IMG/VR virus record: IMGVR_UViG_2579779076_000001
Coordinates: 1-7,523 of that record
From: a virus
Lineage: Duplodnaviria > Heunggongvirae > Uroviricota > Caudoviricetes
DNA: 7,523 nucleotides
Strand: one strand, 5' to 3'
Positions 1-5,599 of this stretch are shown here, in pieces; position 1 is the first letter of the stretch; each line of letters begins with the position of its first letter. A program made the translations under genes and the position numbers. Under the pieces are notes generated by a model. The model saw only the letters and a list, made by a program, of their open reading frames with translations, did no database searches and was not told where the DNA came from.

Positions 1-119
1 TCGGTTCCGGCTCCACCAGCACCCTGCCGCAATGAAAAACAGGCCGTGATTCGCGTCCAGGCTTAAGGACCACCAGGCCAAGTTCCGGCACCAGAACAGG
101 TCGAAGTAATACCCGCACG

Positions 120-392
120 TTACCTCCAGATACGTTGCTGGAATGTGCGGGACGGACGCGGTGGATGTTCGGAATAAGGGAGCCTGACAGAGATTATCCA
201 GTGACGATAATCGAGGCTGATGGCTTTCTTAACCTCGTATCCGCGCCTGCGGTAACACTGAATCAGCCATTCGGCCTGTTCTTCAGTGCATGGGGGATGC
301 TGGTACCAGTCGGTTTTAAATACGTGCGAATGCCGCCCCCGCTTAATGGCCGGGACGGCTTCAGAATTGTGGGATTTTATACGTTGCGCCAT
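120..392 (-). CDS. hypothetical phage protein, basic, about 90 aa
   Basis: ORF-track ORF 120..410 begins with GTG; in-frame ATG at 392..390 has GGAGAA about 6 nt upstream; TAA stop at 120-122. No family recognised. An opposite-strand ORF (135..407) in the same triplet phase lacks any RBS and was not preferred. Confidence 0.5.
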   Translation of the reverse strand: MAQRIKSHNSEAVPAIKRGRHSHVFKTDWYQHPPCTEEQAEWLIQCYRRRGYEVKKAISLDYRHWIISVRLPYSEHPPRPSRTFQQRIWR

Positions 393-442
393 CGGGTTCT
401 CCGGTGACACAGCAGGTGCCAGTTGTTCAGGCCGGCGTGCGA

Positions 443-472
443 ATTGTAAACCAGAATGCCAGGAAAAAACAA
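443..472 (-). promoter_or_regulatory. candidate sigma70 promoter for the 90-aa gene (-35 TTGTTT, about 18-nt spacer, -10 TACAAT on minus strand)
   Basis: Minus-strand TACAAT at 448..443 with weak -35 about 18 nt upstream, immediately after the hok terminator T-run; leader of about 45 nt to the ATG at 392. Confidence 0.3.
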
Positions 473-490
473 AACCCGCAGAAGCGGGTT
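463..490 (-). terminator. rho-independent terminator at the 3' end of the hok mRNA
   Basis: Minus-strand hairpin AACCCGC-UUCU-GCGGGUU (plus 473-490) followed directly by UUUGUUUUUU (plus 463-472). Confidence 0.65.
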
Positions 491-558
491 AAGTGCGGGT
501 GCATTGAGGATGCCTGACACATCAGAGGTGGCGAGGGATTTCTCCCTCGCCGGGTCTC

Positions 559-714
559 TTACTTCTCAGATTCGTAAGCTGTGAAGACAGCGACCTCCGT
601 CTGGCCGGTTCGGATTCGTACCTCGCAGAGGTCTTTCCTCGTTACCAGTACCGTTACAACGACGGTAATACAGATGACGATCAGGGCGATTAGCATCGCC
701 TTTTGCTGCTTCAT
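559..714 (-). CDS. hok: Hok/Gef-family type I toxin (51 aa, single-TM membrane peptide)
   Basis: Translation MKQQKAMLIALIVICITVVVTVLVTRKDLCEVRIRTGQTEVAVFTAYESEK matches the Hok/Gef/RelF family almost residue for residue (recalled). ATG at 714..712 with AAGGAG about 9 nt upstream; TAA stop at 559-561. Confidence 0.9.
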   Translation of the reverse strand: MKQQKAMLIALIVICITVVVTVLVTRKDLCEVRIRTGQTEVAVFTAYESEK

Positions 715-771
715 AGCCTGCTGCTCCTTGCCTTTCGGCGCATAAGAGGCTAATCTAAGTGTGCAAGTCAT
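559..771 (-). CDS. mok: mok-like in-frame upstream reading frame (70 codons) overlapping hok
   Basis: ATG at 771..769 in frame with hok adds 19 N-terminal codons; TGAGG lies about 11 nt upstream. In-frame Mok extensions are known for chromosomal hok loci (MokC/HokC, recalled). Confidence 0.55.
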   Translation of the reverse strand: MTCTLRLASYAPKGKEQQAMKQQKAMLIALIVICITVVVTVLVTRKDLCEVRIRTGQTEVAVFTAYESEK

Positions 772-836
772 AGATATGGCCTCAGATTAATGTTAAGCGT
801 CCTGCAAGACGCATAATGTTAACTGGGGCTTTTCTC
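763..836 (+). ncRNA. sok: candidate Sok-like antisense RNA overlapping the mok start and hok leader
   Basis: Plus-strand -35 TTGCCT (728-733), 17-nt spacer, -10 TAATCT (751-756), start about 763; possible 3' stem 779-785/823-829 followed by TTTTCTCT (830-837). Position and size fit the hok/sok paradigm; ends are approximate. Confidence 0.35.
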
Positions 837-883
837 TGTCTGCCTTACGTCGGCATGCCCGAGGCAGACAGCCTCAAGCACCC

Positions 884-918
884 GCAGCAATTCTACTTAA
901 CTCTTCTTTCCCCGCAAA
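884..918 (-). promoter_or_regulatory. candidate hok mRNA promoter (-35 TTGCGG, -10 TAGAAT on minus strand), start about 883
   Basis: Minus-strand TAGAAT at 895..890 with TTGCGG about 16 nt upstream. The predicted 5' end GGGUGCUUGAGGCUGUCUGCC resembles the hok tac element, and an about 418-nt transcript to the terminator matches hok mRNA size. Confidence 0.4.
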
Positions 919-924
919 CCGTTT

Positions 925-1008
925 TTATCCCCAGCGGCAAATCGAATACACCACCAGCGCCACCGCCATTGCAATTCCTACCGTTATGAACGCTTCAGGC
1001 CAGGTCAT
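925..1008 (-). CDS. 27-aa hydrophobic micro-protein (MTWPEAFITVGIAMAVALVVYSICRWG), candidate small membrane peptide
   Basis: Below the ORF-track size cut-off. ATG at 1008..1006 overlaps the upstream TGA (ATGA); GAGGAG about 10 nt upstream; TAA stop at 925-927. One predicted TM helix. Confidence 0.3.
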   Translation of the reverse strand: MTWPEAFITVGIAMAVALVVYSICRWG

Positions 1009-1520
1009 CGTAAAATATTCTCCTCGTTTATCAGTCCGTTTCGCTTCAGGTAGTCCATCGCCTTATCCGGTAATTTGCAGTCCGGCTTCGCTTTTTTCAG
1101 TTGGCTGACCAGCCGTTTAACCCACATTGCTAATTCGCTAACCTGATTGCCGGATGCTGGTGGATTGTCGGCTTTACCCAGAATGGCAGCACAGCAGGCC
1201 TCTCTGAGCACCCAGTCAACAGCATCCTTCCATGCTCCTGTTTCGACTGGCGGATTCTCACGCTTTACCTGTTCATAAAAGCGCACAGCTTTAACCAGTC
1301 CTTCTGATGTCACCGGGACTGGCGGGCCGATGAATAAGGCCTGAATTTCATAGTTCGGCCTGTCGTTACAATCCTCTTTTGTCGGTACATATTTCCAGTC
1401 ACCAGCCCACGGCTTCCCCTGAAAGTCTGTAACGTCTTTTTTCACGTAGCGATATCGCCATGCAACTGGTTTTGCCTGCCCTGCCGTTTCATGCCCTTCC
1501 TGATAATTAATCTCGCTCAT
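1005..1520 (-). CDS. hypothetical phage protein, 171 aa
   Basis: ATG at 1520..1518 overlaps the stop of the upstream 58-aa ORF (ATGA); TGA stop at 1005-1007. Trp-rich N-terminal half; no family recognised. Confidence 0.7.
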   Translation of the reverse strand: MSEINYQEGHETAGQAKPVAWRYRYVKKDVTDFQGKPWAGDWKYVPTKEDCNDRPNYEIQALFIGPPVPVTSEGLVKAVRFYEQVKRENPPVETGAWKDAVDWVLREACCAAILGKADNPPASGNQVSELAMWVKRLVSQLKKAKPDCKLPDKAMDYLKRNGLINEENILR

Positions 1521-1693
1521 TCATCGCCCCACTCATCACAATATGCTTCGACCGGAGTTTTTCCTACTTCATAATCATCACGCCATGCTTCAGCATCAGC
1601 AGCACTGCCACCACGTAACTCTGCATAGTCCATTAACAGTTCATGCCATTCTTCAAAACTGACGTTGTATTTAGTTGAACCAAAATCAGCCAT
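1517..1693 (-). CDS. small acidic protein, 58 aa (MADFGSTKYNVSFEEWHELLMDYAELRGGSAADAEAWRDDYEVGKTPVEAYCDEWGDE)
   Basis: Not in the ORF track (under 60 aa). ATG at 1693..1691 with GAGGAAG about 8 nt upstream; start overlaps the upstream stop (ATGGCTGA) and its TGA overlaps the next ATG (ATGA). Confidence 0.5.
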   Translation of the reverse strand: MADFGSTKYNVSFEEWHELLMDYAELRGGSAADAEAWRDDYEVGKTPVEAYCDEWGDE

Positions 1694-1868
1694 TTTGTTC
1701 TTCCTCTTCGTCTTTTATTTCGTGATATGAGTAATTGCAGTAGTTAAAGAAAATTTCTTTTGCTTCGTTATGAATTTCATCAGGCGTCGCATCATCATTC
1801 ACTTCGAATTCATCCTCGAAATCTCCACCGGCGATTCCCGTTTCAATAATTATTTTGAACTTTCGCAT
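1686..1868 (-). CDS. small acidic protein, 60 aa, in an AT-rich island
   Basis: True ATG at 1868..1866; strongly acidic C-terminus (DEEEEQNG); visibly AT-rich compared with flanks; preceded by a 147-nt AT-rich intergenic region containing GC hairpins. Weak SD. Confidence 0.5.
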   Translation of the reverse strand: MRKFKIIIETGIAGGDFEDEFEVNDDATPDEIHNEAKEIFFNYCNYSYHEIKDEEEEQNG

Positions 1869-2015
1869 TTCACTACCGCCCTGCCGGGCGGTCTCCTGAT
1901 GTTCTGAGGGTGCAGGAATCCCTCCGGTTAAGGATTAAATTTTATTTACAGTGCTGATTTTAATTATTCAGTTCTGGATTATGCTTTCTCTTTCACCTGC
2001 CGTAGTTCCTGGTAA

Positions 2016-2321
2016 TTAATTTCGCTCACTGGTTGCCTCCTGGAAAATAACTGCATGCCCCAGTTTCTCCGCCAGTGCCAGCTCTGCCTTAGCGCCTGCC
2101 GACCGCTGCCAGCCTTCCAGCATATAAACCGCATCCACACAACGAATCATTGCCATGCAAATATCCATGTAATGTGGCTGAGTCAGCCCGTCCGGAAGTA
2201 CTGCGGGATTTAATACGGTATGCCCTTCCTGTTTCAGTGCTTCTTCCGCCTTGTGAAACGCCTCACGGTTGAAATTTTCATATCCCGTCATCGGACCGGC
2301 GATATAAATTCTCACCCTCAC
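2016..2321 (-). CDS. DUF4406 / nucleoside 2-deoxyribosyltransferase-like protein, 101 aa
   Basis: N-terminal R-I-Y-I-A-G-P-M-T-G motif, then F-N-x-x-A-F and V-L-N-P, typical of the NDT-like Rossmann fold (recalled). GTG start at 2321..2319 overlaps the upstream TGA (GTGA) with AGGAGG about 8 nt upstream; TAA stop at 2016-2018. Confidence 0.75.
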   Translation of the reverse strand: MRVRIYIAGPMTGYENFNREAFHKAEEALKQEGHTVLNPAVLPDGLTQPHYMDICMAMIRCVDAVYMLEGWQRSAGAKAELALAEKLGHAVIFQEATSERN

Positions 2322-2599
2322 GCCTGAACCCTCCTGTCGAAATAAACGTAGTTATTCACTGCGCCCAACTTCATCCCAAACTTTTCGGCAATTTCCCGTC
2401 GGGGTACGCCACGCTGATGCAGTTGCCGCGCCAGCTCAATATCACGCTGTGAACATTTGGCTGACTGGTGATAATCACCCCGTAACATCATGCAGATACC
2501 CAGTTCCCGCGCTTTCGTCCTGACGGCAGCCCCACTACGGCCAATCAGACTGCCGATGCTTTCGACTGTCATCGTTCCCGCACACTGCCGGAGTATCAT
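2318..2599 (-). CDS. small DNA-binding protein with two predicted helix-turn-helix motifs
   Basis: ORF-track start (GTG at 2722) lies inside the upstream gene. First ATG after the upstream stop is at 2599..2597; alternatives are GTG 2635 (GTGA overlap with upstream stop) and ATG 2572. HTH-like segments VESIGSLIGRSGAAVRTKAREL and RREIAEKFGMKLGAVNNYV. Start uncertain. Confidence 0.55.
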   Translation of the reverse strand: MILRQCAGTMTVESIGSLIGRSGAAVRTKARELGICMMLRGDYHQSAKCSQRDIELARQLHQRGVPRREIAEKFGMKLGAVNNYVYFDRRVQA

Positions 2600-2631
2600 A
2601 ATTTCCGCCCAGCGCCACTTCTTCCAGCCAC

Positions 2632-3348
2632 TCACCGCAGCAGCTCTCTGGTGGCGGTAATATCCCGGAGAATATCCCTGTGTTTGTTCAGTTCCCGCAG
2701 CGCGGCGCAGACACGCTCCCACTTCTGAACCTGACCTTTTGCCCGGCGCAGCTCGCGGTTAGCCACATGCAGCGATGGTAGAATCAGGTCATCTGCTTTC
2801 GTTTCGGTGACCGATGGCTGTAACTTCACAATGTCTTCCACGATTTCTGTTTTCATTTCTTCCTGTGTCGTCGTTTCCCGGACTGGTAACGCAACACCTG
2901 CTGGCTGAGGAAAGGCTTTACCATCGGTTTCCGCTACGGATGCAGCTTCCGGCTCTGCCGGTAAATCAGCGCCCGGTATGCAGTAACGAAATTTACCGCC
3001 CTGATTTACGCGAATCAGACGCCCTTTGCTGATTGCCATGGCCAGCGATGAATTCGCCCGGCGGGAGGTAATCCCGAACATAAGTGCCAGCTCATCCGCC
3101 GTTTGTGGGCCATGTTGTTCAATCGCCTCAGTCAGCATTTGCGCTGTCACTTTCGGTACCGGTGACACTGGTTCACTTTCACCTGCCTGAGTCAGCCACC
3201 ACATCGACCCCTTGTTATCCGCTTCACCACGGCGCTTCAGTTTCCACAGTTCGTTGACCGCATCTTCACGGCTGATTCCAAGGCGGGCCGCCACTACCTG
3301 TGAAGAGGCTCTTTTCAGTGCTTTCAGTGCGTCAAATACGGTTTCCAT
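2632..3348 (-). CDS. phage protein with tandem winged-helix domains and a C-terminal coiled-coil-like tail, 238 aa
   Basis: ORF-track start is TTG (3366); ATG at 3348..3346 has GGAGGAAA 7-8 nt upstream. Two internally similar wHTH-like segments (residues about 5-55 and 70-130) with shared GxKFRY-like ends; helical charged C-terminus. TGA stop at 2632-2634. Confidence 0.7.
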   Translation of the reverse strand: METVFDALKALKRASSQVVAARLGISREDAVNELWKLKRRGEADNKGSMWWLTQAGESEPVSPVPKVTAQMLTEAIEQHGPQTADELALMFGITSRRANSSLAMAISKGRLIRVNQGGKFRYCIPGADLPAEPEAASVAETDGKAFPQPAGVALPVRETTTQEEMKTEIVEDIVKLQPSVTETKADDLILPSLHVANRELRRAKGQVQKWERVCAALRELNKHRDILRDITATRELLR

Positions 3349-3381
3349 TAAAATTTCCTCCGACAAAATCGTTTCCCAGAT

Positions 3382-3843
3382 TCAAATAAAACCAGCAGCC
3401 TTCCGGCGTTCGTATTCCTGTTTCAGCCGTTCAATTGGCGTTGGCCCTTTCGGGTGTTTCGCCCCTTCCAGTTGTCGTCGCACTGGCGGAACACTCATCC
3501 CGTTACCAACATGCTTTGCCCATTTCGTCAGTTGCCGTTCCGCAAGTCGTTTTAACTCACCCTGCGTCATCTGGCGCTCAATCCCTCTGGTACGCATTTC
3601 GAGGCAGATGTGGTACAGCACAGGCTGTGGCCACGGGTATTTATCACTCCCGTCGTATCGCCAGGATTCATTGCGCCAGCGCCGGTACTCTTCCATCACG
3701 GCATCCACCGTAAGACCAAATGGATTTGCCCCACTCTCCGAAATCAGCGCAACAAACTCAGCCAGGTCCGGGGGCCACGTTTCACCCGCCCGGCAGCGGT
3801 CCATGCACTGACGGCAGACCAGACGGATTTGCTGTTCAGTCAT
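3382..3843 (-). CDS. lambda P-like replication protein (DnaB helicase loader)
   Basis: C-terminal two-thirds aligns by eye with lambda P (PPDLAEFVALISE versus PSPGQFVAWCREE; YPWPQPVLYH versus YPWKSNAHYW, recalled). Start chosen at ATG 3843..3841, overlapping the O-like stop (ATGACTGA). ORF is open up to ATG 4044, which has a good SD, so a longer 220-aa form is possible. Confidence 0.7.
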   Translation of the reverse strand: MTEQQIRLVCRQCMDRCRAGETWPPDLAEFVALISESGANPFGLTVDAVMEEYRRWRNESWRYDGSDKYPWPQPVLYHICLEMRTRGIERQMTQGELKRLAERQLTKWAKHVGNGMSVPPVRRQLEGAKHPKGPTPIERLKQEYERRKAAGFI

Positions 3844-4867
3844 CGCACCAATCTGGGCAATCCAGAGCTTCGAAGGTGCGGCCCCGTTCTTCTGAGTCCA
3901 GCGGTTCGAATACACCTCCCCCATAAGCTCCCACAGCTTCCAGGCCATTTCCGTTGCTGATAAATCCGTTGTCACGTTCCCACTGTTCGCGTGCTGCCCG
4001 GATTTCCTGAACTGCCCGTGATGCCGTGCCACCTGATGCTGCATGGCTTACCCCCTTGCTGACTGGTTTTACCTGTGCCCTGACGTGCTGCACGTGACGG
4101 GCAAATTTCTGCTCCCACTGAACCTGCGTGAAAACCTTCCCCTCCGCCATCCAGTAATCCCGGAATGCGGCAAGCTCAGCAGGTGTAAATTCCGGCTCAG
4201 GCAGAGCCATACCCCACACTGCTGCCCGTTGTCGAAAATCCGGCGACGGCTGCCAGACAGTAGTCATCGAAAATTTCCCGATGGGTTCGCTCAGGCCGTC
4301 CAGGTATTCAGGTTCGGCTGTCTGCAACGGCGCACCATTCGACTCACTGGTCGGAATACTCTCGCGCGCGTTATGTGTGGGGTTTAATTCTGTATCTGTA
4401 TCTTTATCTGTCGTGACTTGTCGTGACAGATGCGTGACACGTCGTGACTCATCGTGACAATCAGCATTATGTTTCCGCAGCTTTTCCCGCTCCCGCTGCG
4501 CTCTCTTACGCTCTGCCGGGGATTTTGCCGTTTGCGAAACGTTACCATTGTCCTCTTTCAGCACCTGACGTTTTTCCCATCCGGAAATAAGGTCACCATC
4601 CAGAACCCGCCCCTGCATTGCATGCAAAATTGAATCAATTACGTCTTCCGTCACATCAAGCGCACTTGCTAAATCTTCCGTCGTGACATCAATGTGACCA
4701 CGTAGTGACACGCCGTGACATGTCGTGACATTTCGTGACGCGCTCACCAGAAGGTGGATATACACTGCCATCACTGTTGCGATTGGCTGTCCTGATACCC
4801 TGGCAATCGTTCGCCACTTGGGGTCATTTGGCATGTCATGCCACAATCTGAGCCAGGCATTAGCCAT
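3836..4867 (-). CDS. O-like replication initiator / replisome organizer (N-terminal DNA-binding domain, DnaT-like C-terminal region)
   Basis: ORF-track start is GTG (4873); ATG at 4867..4865 has GAGGTG 3-4 nt upstream. Sits directly upstream of and coupled to the P-like gene and carries internal iteron arrays. Family assignment (DUF1376/DnaT-like) is from recall. Confidence 0.75.
   Translation of the reverse strand: MANAWLRLWHDMPNDPKWRTIARVSGQPIATVMAVYIHLLVSASRNVTTCHGVSLRGHIDVTTEDLASALDVTEDVIDSILHAMQGRVLDGDLISGWEKRQVLKEDNGNVSQTAKSPAERKRAQREREKLRKHNADCHDESRRVTHLSRQVTTDKDTDTELNPTHNARESIPTSESNGAPLQTAEPEYLDGLSEPIGKFSMTTVWQPSPDFRQRAAVWGMALPEPEFTPAELAAFRDYWMAEGKVFTQVQWEQKFARHVQHVRAQVKPVSKGVSHAASGGTASRAVQEIRAAREQWERDNGFISNGNGLEAVGAYGGGVFEPLDSEERGRTFEALDCPDWCDD
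4386..4458. repeat. iteron array 1: AT-rich direct repeats followed by five CGTGAC-core repeats at about 10.5-bp spacing (candidate origin)
   Basis: GTGAC at 4413, 4423, 4434, 4444, 4454 (spacings 10, 11, 10, 10), preceded by AT-rich ctgtatctgtatctttatctg (4390-4410). Lies in the linker-coding part of the O-like gene, as lambda ori does in O. Confidence 0.6.
4650..4739. repeat. iteron array 2: six GTGAC-core repeats at helical spacing plus one inverted GTCAC
   Basis: GTGAC at 4683, 4694, 4705, 4715, 4725, 4735 (spacings 11, 11, 10, 10, 10); inverted GTCAC at 4650-4654. Inside the N-terminal coding part of the O-like gene. Confidence 0.55.
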
Positions 4868-4935
4868 ACTCACCTCTTCTGATACCGAACTTTACCCACG
4901 AACTTCCGGAAGAAATCCGGTATAAATATTGTTGG

Positions 4936-5361
4936 TCAATGCACAACAACTGCATTACCAGGCTGACCACCACTGTTAGTCAGGGTGCCCCAGGCGATCG
5001 CTACAGCGACAAAATCATCCACATCTTTCACCAGCCGATCCCGTCGTTCGACGATCTCCCGGTAATATTCAGAACTGTGACTGCGCATACGGGCCACCAG
5101 CAAAGGCGGCATCGCCTTTTCGATCGCCGGTAACAGAGCCTGCATTTTTTCAACAGCATCAGGGGTGTCTTTATCCAGCCAACGGAAAATTTTCTGGGTA
5201 TTACGGGCCAGGGCTTCCGGATGGCTGTCGTCGTACAGTTCAGGGAACGTCATCCCCAGTTCGAAATAAGTCCGGGCTATTTCAGCTGCGGGAACTTTCT
5301 CACCGTCAGGATATGCCCAGGCATTCATCGCCATGCGGATGTGCTCATGCTTGATTTTCAT
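4936..5361 (-). CDS. ydaT: YdaT-family protein at the cII position of the immunity region
   Basis: N-terminus MKIKHEHI and length of about 141 aa match my recollection of YdaT proteins. ATG at 5361..5359 overlaps the Cro-like stop (ATGA) with GAGGAA about 8 nt upstream; TGA stop at 4936-4938. Confidence 0.65.
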   Translation of the reverse strand: MKIKHEHIRMAMNAWAYPDGEKVPAAEIARTYFELGMTFPELYDDSHPEALARNTQKIFRWLDKDTPDAVEKMQALLPAIEKAMPPLLVARMRSHSSEYYREIVERRDRLVKDVDDFVAVAIAWGTLTNSGGQPGNAVVVH

Positions 5362-5573
5362 GAATCATTCCTCATTTCGTGCGAGGTGTTATTCTTCTTT
5401 TTGTACAGCTCTGGGTTGTATTTCAATTCACCACCAGTAATTTCATCCAACTCAATTGCTCGAAGTTTTGGAATAACAGATTTCCACCGAACAACAGCCA
5501 CGTGTGAAATTCCCAGAGCCTCTGCTACTAGCCGCTTTTTTTTGAAATAGCGTAGGACATCATCTTTAAACAT
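5358..5573 (-). CDS. Cro-like / YdaS-like small HTH regulator, 71 aa
   Basis: ORF-track start is TTG (5609), inside the operator region. ATG at 5573..5571 has GGGGGAA 4-5 nt upstream. HTH segment LVAEALGISHVAVVRW; divergent from the CI-like gene across palindromic operators. Confidence 0.7.
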   Translation of the reverse strand: MFKDDVLRYFKKKRLVAEALGISHVAVVRWKSVIPKLRAIELDEITGGELKYNPELYKKKNNTSHEMRNDS

Positions 5574-5599
5574 AAATTCCCCCTGTAAAACCGAACCTA

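Noticed and set aside
1-119. Possible gene end or start at the left window edge (plus-frame C-terminus ending TAA 64-66; minus-frame lipobox-like IAAGC)
   Set aside because: Partial, no start codon with RBS inside the window, and both strands give plausible-looking fragments. Needs flanking sequence.
135-407. Plus-strand 90-aa ORF antisense to and in the same triplet phase as the minus-strand 90-aa gene
   Set aside because: Its TTG start and internal ATG (165) have no usable Shine-Dalgarno sequence, whereas the minus-strand gene has an ATG with GGAGAA, a promoter-like element and fits the operon orientation. Codon usage does not discriminate, so this stays a low-probability alternative.
286-492. 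Plus-strand 68-aa ORF 286..492
   Set aside because: Overlaps the minus-strand 90-aa gene and runs through the hok terminator; Cys/Gly/Arg-rich translation with no RBS.
13-1163. Chi-like octamers GCTGGTGG (minus strand at 13-20 and 951-958; plus strand at 1156-1163)
   Set aside because: Chi sites are common in enterobacterial DNA; three in 7.5 kb is not remarkable without orientation or enrichment statistics.
2814-4925. Plus-strand ORF-track entries 2814..3032, 3212..3811, 3435..3713, 3610..3960, 3720..3926, 4043..4387 and 4725..4925
   Set aside because: All lie antisense to, or out of frame within, the well-supported minus-strand wHTH, P-like and O-like genes. Their translations are low-complexity (Ser/Pro/Arg-rich), typical of shadow ORFs.
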